A stretch of DNA of 64,000 nt. Source: an uncultured Acidobacteriota bacterium. Lineage in GTDB: Bacteria > Acidobacteriota > UBA6911. A program made the position numbers and the translations under genes. The DNA lies in assembly GCA_963809485.1 (NCBI GenBank), contig CAWEJX010000004.1:384001-448000 (forward strand), written 5' to 3'. This document shows positions 36,043 to 44,787 of the stretch, piece by piece (position 1 is the stretch's first letter; each line of letters opens with the position of its first letter). The notes below the pieces were generated by a model. It was given only the letters and a program-made list of their open reading frames with translations, made no database searches and was not told the origin of the DNA.

Positions 36043-36930
36043 ATGCCCCATCGTGCACGTTTTCCCGCACTCCATTCACAAGTGAAGAACCGAATCTTGT
36101 TAGCCCTGCCGGATGATGAGTTCCAGCACATTTTCCGGCATCTCGCGTTTGTTGAACTGAGACAGGGGCAGGTTCTTTACAATGCAGACAATTGGATCAA
36201 CTATGCCTACTTCTTGAACAGTGGGATGACGTCCTCGGTCAGCGTTACTGCGGAGGGACAAACCGTCGAGGATGGAACCGTTGGACACGAAGGTCTTATG
36301 GGGGGACCGGTTGCTCTCGGCGAATCCGAGATTTTCGGTACCGGAGTGGTGCAGATTCCCGGCAATGCCTTCAGGATTGGATCTCAAGCACTCAGGTTCG
36401 AGTACCAGCATAACGCCGGCCTTGGCAGGCTCTTGCATGACTATATGTTTGACCTTCGTGTCCGGCTGAGCGAATCCTGTGTCTGCAACGATCTGCATTC
36501 TCTGCAGCAGAGGCTCTGCTGTCTATTGCTTACAAGCCAGGATTGTGCGCAGTCGAACAGCTTCCCCTTCACCTATAAATTCCTCTCTCACATTGTGGGA
36601 GCTACCCGTGAGGCAGTCTCTCTCATCGTTTATGCTTTGCATGAAGCGGGATTGATAGCTTACAGGCACAGTCGCATCAGAATTATGGATCGCGAAGCAA
36701 TGGAACGAAGAGCGTGCAGGTGCTATCAGATCTCTGCGCATAAATATGACCGGCCGGCATCGCTGGGGAAAGCCGATGGAGCCACGTCCCGTGAGCGTAT
36801 TTCGGGTGCTGCCCGCAGCATTCCCCGTCTGCAATTGTCCGGCTCAACCCCGAAAAGGACTAACGCCGCGAACCTTAATTATGCGGAAGATGGGTGGAAG
36901 TGGATTGCTGACGCCGGGATCGAAACCTAA
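36043..36930 (+). CDS. Crp/Fnr family regulator
   Basis: NRILLALP, YFLNSG..S, VGHEG, CN..HSLQQRL, LSHIVGATREAVS HTH, RACRCY. AGGAG RBS; ~60-aa C-terminal extension. Confidence 0.88.
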   Translation: MPHRARFPALHSQVKNRILLALPDDEFQHIFRHLAFVELRQGQVLYNADNWINYAYFLNSGMTSSVSVTAEGQTVEDGTVGHEGLMGGPVALGESEIFGTGVVQIPGNAFRIGSQALRFEYQHNAGLGRLLHDYMFDLRVRLSESCVCNDLHSLQQRLCCLLLTSQDCAQSNSFPFTYKFLSHIVGATREAVSLIVYALHEAGLIAYRHSRIRIMDREAMERRACRCYQISAHKYDRPASLGKADGATSRERISGAARSIPRLQLSGSTPKRTNAANLNYAEDGWKWIADAGIET

Positions 36931-36950
36931 GTTTTGCGAAGGAGATAATT

Positions 36951-37079
36951 ATGTCGGAAAAGCATGGGGACAAGGCGAGGTATGGCCGCGAACGAAAGAA
37001 AAAGAATCTTCGTCGGAAGCGTGTTCGAGATGCGCAGGAAGCAGCAACAAAGCGGACAGCAATTGCCGAGCCGAACTAA
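36951..37079 (+). CDS. 42-aa Arg/Lys-rich small protein (below the ORF-track cutoff)
   Basis: AAGGAG RBS, MSEKHGDKARYGRERKKKNLRRKRVRDAQEAATKRTAIAEPN*. Directly after the Crp gene; a paralogue lies at 31847-31976. Confidence 0.65.
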   Translation: MSEKHGDKARYGRERKKKNLRRKRVRDAQEAATKRTAIAEPN

Positions 37080-37430
37080 AAAGACCTCTTTCACTCAACC
37101 GTATATCCACGGCTTTGCACCGTTCAGATTCCTGCAAGGCTGAGGCTATCTTATGCAAACAAGTGCTTTAGTTTGGTGCAACTTCCGCCGTCATTTTTGG
37201 CCTTGCGGTGATTATGGGTCTGAGCCGCACCGTAAATCCTGTGCCCCAAAATCAAAAAACTTGTAGAATTTCGTTTCCCATTCTTCGAACTCCGGTTTGC
37301 ATAAAACTCTTCCGATGTTGGCGGAATAGCTCCATTTCCCATTTTCATATACGGGCAGGTAGCAGGGCATTTGAGTGGGAACGCTATAGACATATCCGAA
37401 TGCAGCCCGTTATCGAAGGCTGTGCTTTGC

Positions 37431-39236
37431 TCATTTCCAATCAGATACCTTTATACCCCGACCGATTCTGAAGTTGGTGACATAAAAAGTGCTCTGAGTC
37501 TCACCGCCGACTACCACGATGCGTATGTCTCTTGGGTTCGTATAGGGTTTGATCCGCAGTGTCTTGTTTCCGTCCTGAAATGCTTTGACCCAGCTTGCAT
37601 AAGGCTCCAGGCCTTGATTACCCAGTCCCCAGACTGTTGAATAGTGAACGCCGTTCGACCAATACTGGTCAACGGTCATTTGAAAGTTATCGCAGAAATA
37701 CTTGGATAACTTTTCCTTTGTGTCGAACCCATAGGAGTCCTGAAGCATCCTGGCAACGGTCGGATCCATATAAATCGTTACGGCTCCACCTCCGGCAAGC
37801 CCGTGCGCATAATCGACCATCATTTGTGCCGGGTTGTAGGAAGTCATCTCTCCCGAACTGTGAATCATTGTGTCTCCGGAACCGACCGCCACAACACTCT
37901 CTCCCGGTTTGAACCCGAGTTGCTGAACCAGAGGGGTCCAGCCCGTCGGCAAGGCTTCTTCGTTCTCTACTGTCACGACGCTGTTGTATTGCAGGTTGTT
38001 GCCCTGAGACTCCGGGCTGGTGCCGGATTCGAGATATTCCGTCGGATAGACATGCACTCCTGTGGCGGTTTTTCCCAGCAGTAAAAAGGCTCGGCCGAGA
38101 ATAGCATTTGTCTCATTCCATGGACCCAATGCCCCTACCTTGTAGTTCATCTTAAGCTCGTTGCGTATTGGGCCGCCGACGAATATCGCATTAGTAAACG
38201 AAACGGAAGACAAGGCCAGCGTACCGGAAGCGGCAGCAGACAGAATGGTCGGGAGCATTGAACGCTTGGCTCCCGCCATCACTGCGGCGATCGCCACATT
38301 TTTCACACTGCATTGCCTGGCGCCCGGCAGCATGTCATTTCTGGAGACAAAGTCTGTGGGCTTCCGCTTCGTTCCTGCAAGCATGGCCTCGACTCTCTCC
38401 TCTGTCGGAAGAACTATCGGTGCATAGTCGGTCCAGTCATTCCGTTTAAACAGCTCTTGGAGATTCTCTTCTGTATCCGTCAATGTAGGGGGAACCGCTC
38501 TCGCTGCAGGCAAGCCGGTCATGGATTCTTCCGCGCTGGGAGCGACCGTAAGTCCATCCACGATTTCCTGAGCAAAAGGCTTTCCGGTGACAGGGTCGTT
38601 CCCATTGACATAGGCAGAAAGAACGCTCTGTGGCTGACCGGCAAACGGCTGCGGAACGACAGTCCAGCGGGCCGATTTGCCGCTAAGATATTTCTTATCG
38701 TAGGCGATGAAGCGGTAAGGCCCCGTCCCGACAATGTTGACGCAGGGCTTCCCCGGTTTAAGCTCATTCTCGATTGTGCGCGCATGCCGAGCCTCGGCCA
38801 TGACACATCCGTCTCAACCTGCCACGCCCAGAATCGCCGCATCGGCGTTCGCAGCCAATTCTTTCAACAACCCAGGATCGTCAACCATAAAGGCGCCGTT
38901 CTTGACCTTGTACACCAGCTTGGTTGTAGGATGATTTTTTGCGAACCATTTTTGCAGCTCTTCAAAGAATATGCCATTGGACTTTGCATCTCCCCAATTC
39001 TCCGACACATACCAGATCGTTTTTCCATCAACTGTATCCAGTCGTGGTATGAGCGGGGCGCGTTCTGCAATCTTGTTGGGAATCTCCGGATTCAACACCG
39101 TTACAAGCCCGAGGGATGTATCCTTCGAGCTGCGCGAAGCCTGAGGCGCCGCGATCGTTGGCATGAACACGTATGCAGATAGCGCAATAATGACGGCGCA
39201 TAATGCTGCACCGGCGAATTTTGTCCATTTTCTCAT
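37431..39236 (-). CDS. Exported fused UGSC-family selenoprotein (Sec141 in UDGC), 601 aa, intact
   Basis: ORF 39236-38814 ends in TGA, in frame with ORF 38801-37431 via GAC GGA TGT GTC (G-U-D-G-C-V-M). WTDYAPIVLPTEERVEAML motif, GGAGGAG RBS and N-terminal signal/anchor. Confidence 0.85.
38772..38813 (-). promoter_or_regulatory. Bacterial SECIS-like hairpin
   Basis: After the TGA: GA-TGTG-t-CAT-g-GCCGA-[GGC]-TCGGC-ATG-cgcg-CACA-a-TC. A G-starting loop 20 nt from UGA. Folded by eye. Confidence 0.6.
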
Positions 39237-39554
39237 ATATTACTCCTCCGGATTATGAGCGAACTTCTACCCTCTGAATTTATCTGCGAACCGGATCGGG
39301 GCGGATGAGTCAGAAGGTTTCCCCATCTGTATCTGCGTCTTGAGAATACTGACGATTGTAATATTTGTAAAATGGATCTTTTCTATCTTGAGAGTGGATC
39401 GGCTGAAGACCTAAACGAACTCCTCCGGCCTTCTAAAGGTGCCCAATTATCTCAAACAAATTTCGTGCCCTCGGATTGCCCTTTGGCCCAAACATGCGCA
39501 TCAAGCTCTTCACCGGTTTGTGGGTAATTGCATGTTGGATCGTAAAAGGATGGT

Positions 39555-39677
39555 AAGGTGCGACATCGCCCCGGTACGATGAGCTTCTTTTGCTGCGGGA
39601 TCGAGCGCTTCGAAGCGCACGAAATGGTGAGAGGCGAAATCCAGGAGGTGTTGGGCCGCTGGAAGGCAGTGCTATAG
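39555..39677 (+). pseudogene. C-terminal remnant resembling DUF2293 proteins
   Basis: RYDELL, frameshift, then CGIERFEAHEMVRGEIQEVLGRWKAVL*. Family match from recall only. Confidence 0.3.
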
Positions 39678-39874
39678 CCTAATCATTCCCTGGAGTAATC
39701 CTGCTTCAATGTAAAGATTCGAAAGAAGCTCCTAAACTGATAGTAAAGTCTACTTCTTGAAGATAGTCCGTAAAATATTATTTGGCTCAATCTGTCGAGA
39801 GATAATTAGATCTATTGACAGAGTGCAGTCATTGTTTGCCCGGAATCATTTTCCTGCTTCAACGGTGGGTATAT

Positions 39875-41227
39875 ATGCGGCTGGTTTTTGACCGCGGCAC
39901 CCTGGTGCTCTATGGAAATCCTGCCGATTCCGGCAGTCTTCCAGGAGTCCTTTGGGATCCGAGGATTCATGCATGGCGCGCTCCCGCATATCATTACGTG
40001 GCCCTCTCCGGAGAACTTTCCCGGAGATATCCTGGTTTCCGCGATGATGTTCGCCCTCAACTCATGGAAGCCCCATCGATTCCGCATCCGGAACTCCGTC
40101 CCTATCAAGCTGCGGCGATTGACTCTTGGGAATTTGCGGGCATGAGGGGAATCATCGCACTTCCCACGGGCTCCGGAAAAACCCGCGCAGCGATTGCTGC
40201 AATTGCCCGAACCCGCTTCAGGACGCTCTGTCTGGTTCCAACACGAGCGCTCATGGCACAATGGGTCCAAATCCTGAGAGATGTTTCTCGCGCACCGATT
40301 GGCGAATATGGCGACGGACAACGCTTCGAGCAACCTGTTACCGTCGCCACTTTTGCCAGCGCGCTTCGCAACGTGGAGACGTTAGGGAATCGGTTCGAAC
40401 TGCTTGTCATCGATGAAGTGCACCATTTCGGTACCGGCGCGGGAGATGAGATTCTTGAGATGTGCACCGCACCAGCGCGGTTGGGGCTCAGCGCAACCCT
40501 GCCGGAAGATAAAGCTCGCCGGTCCCGTTTGGATGCTCTCGTTGGACCCGAAATATACCGGGCGAGCGTCGAGGAGCTTGCCGGCCGGTATCTTGCTTCA
40601 TTCCAGTTGATCACAATTTCGATCAGGCTGACTCTCTCGGAGAGTCAGGCTTACAATTCCGAAATGTCGGTCTTCCGCCCGGTCTGCCGTGCGTTTTTCG
40701 ATGCAGCGCCCGGAGCCTCCTGGTCGGATTTCGTGGTATCAGCGGGCCGAAGCGATGCCGGACGGCGCGCGCTTGCAGCCTGGAGGCGCTCCCGTATCAT
40801 CGTCCGCTACAATGCGGAGAAACGCCGGATCGTCAATGATCTGCTTCTACGCCATCACGATTCCAGGACTCTGGTTTTCGCAGCCGACAATGACACGGCT
40901 TACTCGATTGCCCGTGAACATCTCGTGCAACCCATCACCTGCGACATCGGGAAGAAGGAGCGGGCGCGCGCTCTTGGGCAATTCCGTGGCGGCGAATTGC
41001 GAATTCTCGTGTCGGCGCGCGTGCTCAACGAGGGGATCGATGTGCCGGCAGCCGATGTGGCAATTATTATAGGCGGCAGCCAGGGCTCTCGCGAATACAT
41101 TCAGCGGGTGGGCCGGGTCCTCAGGCCATCGGAAGGGAAAAAAGCCCTTGTCTATGATCTGGTCACACGCGAAACGTTCGAGGTGCGTCGAGCGGACGAG
41201 CACAGGAGGGCGCTTGCTGCCCATTAG
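39875..41227 (+). CDS. SF2 DNA helicase, XPB/Ssl2-like
   Basis: LRPYQ, LPTGSGKT, DEVHH, LGLSAT, VLNEGIDVP, QRVGRVLR. Confidence 0.9.
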   Translation: MRLVFDRGTLVLYGNPADSGSLPGVLWDPRIHAWRAPAYHYVALSGELSRRYPGFRDDVRPQLMEAPSIPHPELRPYQAAAIDSWEFAGMRGIIALPTGSGKTRAAIAAIARTRFRTLCLVPTRALMAQWVQILRDVSRAPIGEYGDGQRFEQPVTVATFASALRNVETLGNRFELLVIDEVHHFGTGAGDEILEMCTAPARLGLSATLPEDKARRSRLDALVGPEIYRASVEELAGRYLASFQLITISIRLTLSESQAYNSEMSVFRPVCRAFFDAAPGASWSDFVVSAGRSDAGRRALAAWRRSRIIVRYNAEKRRIVNDLLLRHHDSRTLVFAADNDTAYSIAREHLVQPITCDIGKKERARALGQFRGGELRILVSARVLNEGIDVPAADVAIIIGGSQGSREYIQRVGRVLRPSEGKKALVYDLVTRETFEVRRADEHRRALAAH

Positions 41228-42404
41228 CCATATTCAAGTTCGCATAGACGGAAACAAGGCAACGCCCGTCTGGTTGGGAACGGAGGATCATCAGTGGCTG
41301 AGGACTTTAGTAGCTGACTTCGCACGACTTGACGGTAAAAAGTATCGAGACGTTTTGTCATTCCTCCAGGAACCGGCAAGAGTCTACTCTCCTCCCGGCA
41401 AACGATTGATGGCCATCTGGATGCTGCATCGAATGTGTGCGCGTCAGTCGCCACCCTTTGATTGTGGACGACTCCGGGAGGAGATCGTCGTTCAAGCACA
41501 GCGCACTCGCGATGCCGGTCGATTCAGGCGGCCCGATGTCATTGCATCGGTTGCACAACAGTTCGGCATTTCGGCCGCCGAACTAATTGAGTGCATGTTC
41601 TCCGATCTTCCCATGGAGCGGCGCCTTGTTTTGCCGGAACCGATCCCGGATCCTCACTCCCTCGCAATGCAAACAAATCTGGCTCTTGCACAGGGGCTGC
41701 TCAATCTTGCTTCTGAAGTCACGATCGAGCTTTGCGGCGGTGCCCGCGCCGTGGTTCGGCAGGTGCATCTTCGGCGTCTCCTCTGTACCATCGAGCGAGC
41801 AGAGTCGGAAAAGCTCTTTCTCCGCATCTCTGGAGCGTTTTCTCTGTTTCGTCACACCACAATGTACGGGCATGCCTTGGCCTCTATTCTTCCCTTGCTC
41901 TTATGGTGCGACCGCTTTGACCTTATCGCGCGCTGCATGATTCGCGGACGGGAAGTGAATGCGCACCTGAATTCGCGCGACCCCATTGCGCGCAGCCAGC
42001 CGCCGCGACAATTTGACAGCCGGATCGAGGCGTGGTTTGCTCGCGATTTCGCGAAAGAAAGCCTTGACTGGGACCTCATCCGTGAACCTGAACCTCTCGA
42101 AGCCGGTGATACCCTCATCTTCCCCGATTTCGCTCTCATTCACCGCCGGGATGCATCAAGGCGGTTCCTGCTTGAAATCGTGGGCTTCTGGACTCCCGAT
42201 TATCTTCGGGAAAAACTCGGTCGGCTTCGCCAGCTATCTGGCACTCCCCTCATTTTGTGCATCAACCGCGCACTGAATTGCGGCGCTGGCGATTTGCCGG
42301 CGCATGCACGCATGGTGTGGTTTAAAAAACGGATTGTGCCGCGTGATGTATTGGCGGCAATGGAGAAAGCGGATGTTGGCCGGCGAATCGTGCCTATGAA
42401 GTAG
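41214..42404 (+). CDS. DUF790 family (Bax1-like) nuclease
   Basis: TTG start after AGGAGG, overlapping the helicase stop. NLALAQGLL, SLFRHTTMYG, FDSRIE, REPEPL..G...FPDF, LEIVGFWTPDYL. Confidence 0.88.
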   Translation: MLPISHIQVRIDGNKATPVWLGTEDHQWLRTLVADFARLDGKKYRDVLSFLQEPARVYSPPGKRLMAIWMLHRMCARQSPPFDCGRLREEIVVQAQRTRDAGRFRRPDVIASVAQQFGISAAELIECMFSDLPMERRLVLPEPIPDPHSLAMQTNLALAQGLLNLASEVTIELCGGARAVVRQVHLRRLLCTIERAESEKLFLRISGAFSLFRHTTMYGHALASILPLLLWCDRFDLIARCMIRGREVNAHLNSRDPIARSQPPRQFDSRIEAWFARDFAKESLDWDLIREPEPLEAGDTLIFPDFALIHRRDASRRFLLEIVGFWTPDYLREKLGRLRQLSGTPLILCINRALNCGAGDLPAHARMVWFKKRIVPRDVLAAMEKADVGRRIVPMK

Positions 42405-42704
42405 CTCGTCACTTCGGCGGAATGCTCACGGGAAAATAACATTCCCTGTCATCGCAAGCTATGGATCGCCTCTGCGCATGCCGTGGCTGGCCGAAACCCG
42501 GCGGCTTCTGGCGATCCAGGACGAGCCCAGGCAATCGAAAAAGCGCTGCTGAAGAAAACTGGAACTTGGTTCTCAGGATTGCGTATCGGTCTTACTCCAG
42601 CAAATGCCCCAACGGGATGGCAAACAGGCGTTCGGCCAGCTTTACGGCTTCCCTCCCGTTGTAGGCCAGTACCGCAGCTGCGCACGCGGGCGTCCGCAAA
42701 GGAC

Positions 42705-42733
42705 TTGATGTAGTTACACTGTGTAGTTACAAT
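42705..42733 (+). promoter_or_regulatory. brnTA promoter with duplicated operator
   Basis: TTGATG(42705)-17 nt-TACAAT(42728). TGTAGTTACA occurs twice (42709-42718, 42722-42731). Confidence 0.65.
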
Positions 42734-42738
42734 ACGAT

Positions 42739-43014
42739 ACGCAATTTGAATGGGACGAGAAGAAACGGAGAGGGAATCTTGCCAAGCACGGCATTGACTT
42801 CGCTGATCTCGAGCCCCTTTTGGGCGGTTTAACAATTACAGTGCTGGATAGTCGATATGACTATTGCGAATTCCGCTTCATCACGCTGGGTATTCTCAAT
42901 GGTTTTGTTATGACGATTGCGCATACCGAGACGGATGAGGTCATACGAATTATCTCAGCACGCGAAGCAACGCGATATGAAGCAGAAATCTACTTTAAAA
43001 AAATCAGAAAGTAA
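42739..43014 (+). CDS. brnT: BrnT family toxin with ACG at the start position
   Basis: (ACG)QFEWDEKKRRGNLAKHGIDF...DSRYDYCEFRFITLG...HTE....IRIISAREAT. An in-frame TAG at 42724 leaves no ATG/GTG/TTG upstream of the conserved N-terminus. Confidence 0.8.
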   Translation, partial: TQFEWDEKKRRGNLAKHGIDFADLEPLLGGLTITVLDSRYDYCEFRFITLGILNGFVMTIAHTETDEVIRIISAREATRYEAEIYFKKIRK

Positions 43015-43264
43015 TTGGAAACGTCTCTCATCTATGGCTTCCAATGCCGTGGACACGTCCGATATAACGGAGATCTCGCCGGAACAATTCGCAAGAGCAG
43101 TGGTTAGACGCGGATTAAAGCCCTCTGCTGCAAAAGTGCAGCTTACGATACGGATCGACAGGGACGTGCTGGAATGGTATCGACAGAAAGGCCGTGGCTA
43201 TCAAACACGCATCAATAAACTGCTTCGGGCTTATATGGAGGCCCATCCAAAAGAAGTGGCATAG
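42977..43264 (+). CDS. brnA: BrnA family antitoxin
   Basis: DTSDI.E, KVQLTIRIDRDVLEWYR..G.GYQTRINKLLRAYM. Overlaps the brnT end. Confidence 0.9.
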   Translation: MKQKSTLKKSESNWKRLSSMASNAVDTSDITEISPEQFARAVVRRGLKPSAAKVQLTIRIDRDVLEWYRQKGRGYQTRINKLLRAYMEAHPKEVA

Positions 43265-43444
43265 AGAAAAACAGGCAAACAATTCTGCATCACTACGAAC
43301 AGTCCGGATTCATTTTCCGGTTTTTCCGACGATACGTCCATGTCAAGAGTTCGGTCAATTCCAGTGCACTTTGGATGCGCTGCCTTCTTGCACTTAGCCC
43401 TTGAAAGCTGCGCTAACGACCAGATCATGAGCAGAAAATATTGA

Positions 43445-43863
43445 GGAAAAGGGGTAACACTCCAAAGCTGTGGTTCTCAAAAGGAACCGAAAGGAGTGTT
43501 ACCAATGGAAAGCACCGGCGAAGGTAAAATAGAGAGGAAAAGAACCCGCCGCTCGGGGGGGTGGGGCGGCGGGCGAGGCGTTTGCCCGGCCACTCCCATC
43601 CATTCGAGGTTCGACGTAGAGCGGTTCAGTTATGTCTGGAAGAAGGCTTCCCCGTACCGCAGGTAGCCAGCGAGATGGGTGTGGGCCGCAGTACCCTGAC
43701 CAAGTGGATAAAGTTATACCGCGACCAGGGCACTTATCCAGGCTTCGGCTGCTCATACGCAACGCCAGGCCGATGCCGCTCGACGTTTAGCAGTGGAAAC
43801 CTGGTTGCAGAGGAACGGTGTGATTATTATTACTCAGAACAAAAAAGTGTTACCCATTTTTCC
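43445..43863 (+). mobile_element. Internally deleted IS-like element with HTH transposase N-terminal remnant
   Basis: Ends GGAAAAGGGGTAACACT and AGTGTTACCCATTTTTCC are inverted. HPFEVRRRAVQLCLEEG.PVPQVASEMGVGRSTLTKWIKLYRDQG HTH; ATG 43505 is out of frame with it. Similarity stops near 43730. Confidence 0.55.
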
Positions 43864-44015
43864 CGAAAAAATTGCTCATAATTAGGTTGCCTGCACCCCC
43901 ATTCTTACGAGATTATTTGAGAAATGGCTGTTCCGCTTAAGTTAAGAGTCGAAACGGCAACTCCCCTGAAACATACAAGGTTCTATACCTTAATGGATTT
44001 CAAAAGGAGATCCAC

Positions 44016-44720
44016 ATGGCAGACCAAAAGCCTAAACTGAGTGAAAAAGGATTACTGACTCCCGACAACTGCGTCGTCGCTTTGATCGATCACCAGCCCC
44101 AGATGCTTTTCGGCGTCACAAACTTTGATCGACAGACAATCATCAATAATACCGCCGCGCTCGCGAAGACCGCGAGGGTTTTCAACGTTCCAGTGGTCCT
44201 GACCTCCGTCGAGACCATGAGCTTCAGCGGAAATCTGTGGCCGCAACTCCAGGCGGTCTTTCCCGATCAGAAACCGATCGAACGTTCCACCATGAACTCA
44301 TGGGACGATAAAAACTTCGTGGCTGCCATCGAAAAGAGCGGCCGGAAGAAGATCGTAATGGCCGGGCTCTGGACGGAGACCTGCGTCGCTCTTCCGACTA
44401 TACAGGCCATTCACGATGGTTACGAAATCTATGTCGTGGAAGACTGCTGCGGAGATGTGAACCAGCTCTCGCACGAAAATGCAATGAAGAGGGTGATCCA
44501 GGCAGGAGCGAAGCCGGTAACGGTCCTCTCCGTAATGCTCGAACTGCAGCGCGATTGGGCGTTGCGCGGGACTTATGACGCTGTAATGGACATCGTAAAA
44601 ACTCATTTTGGAGCTTACGGCTCCGGTGTGGAATACGCGTACACAATGGTTCACAAGGCGCCTGCCACGGTGTTCCCACCCTACGTTCTGCCGGTGCCGG
44701 TACCGGTGGAGCATAAATAA
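44016..44720 (+). CDS. ycaC: YcaC-like isochorismatase family hydrolase
   Basis: LIDHQPQM, ERSTMNSWD, AGLWTETCV. Confidence 0.88.
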   Translation: MADQKPKLSEKGLLTPDNCVVALIDHQPQMLFGVTNFDRQTIINNTAALAKTARVFNVPVVLTSVETMSFSGNLWPQLQAVFPDQKPIERSTMNSWDDKNFVAAIEKSGRKKIVMAGLWTETCVALPTIQAIHDGYEIYVVEDCCGDVNQLSHENAMKRVIQAGAKPVTVLSVMLELQRDWALRGTYDAVMDIVKTHFGAYGSGVEYAYTMVHKAPATVFPPYVLPVPVPVEHK

Positions 44721-44787
44721 ATATGTTCCCGGTCAAGCGGCACAGTCCGCGAGCCAACCGGGAATCTTGATCAATTCAGGAGGAAAT

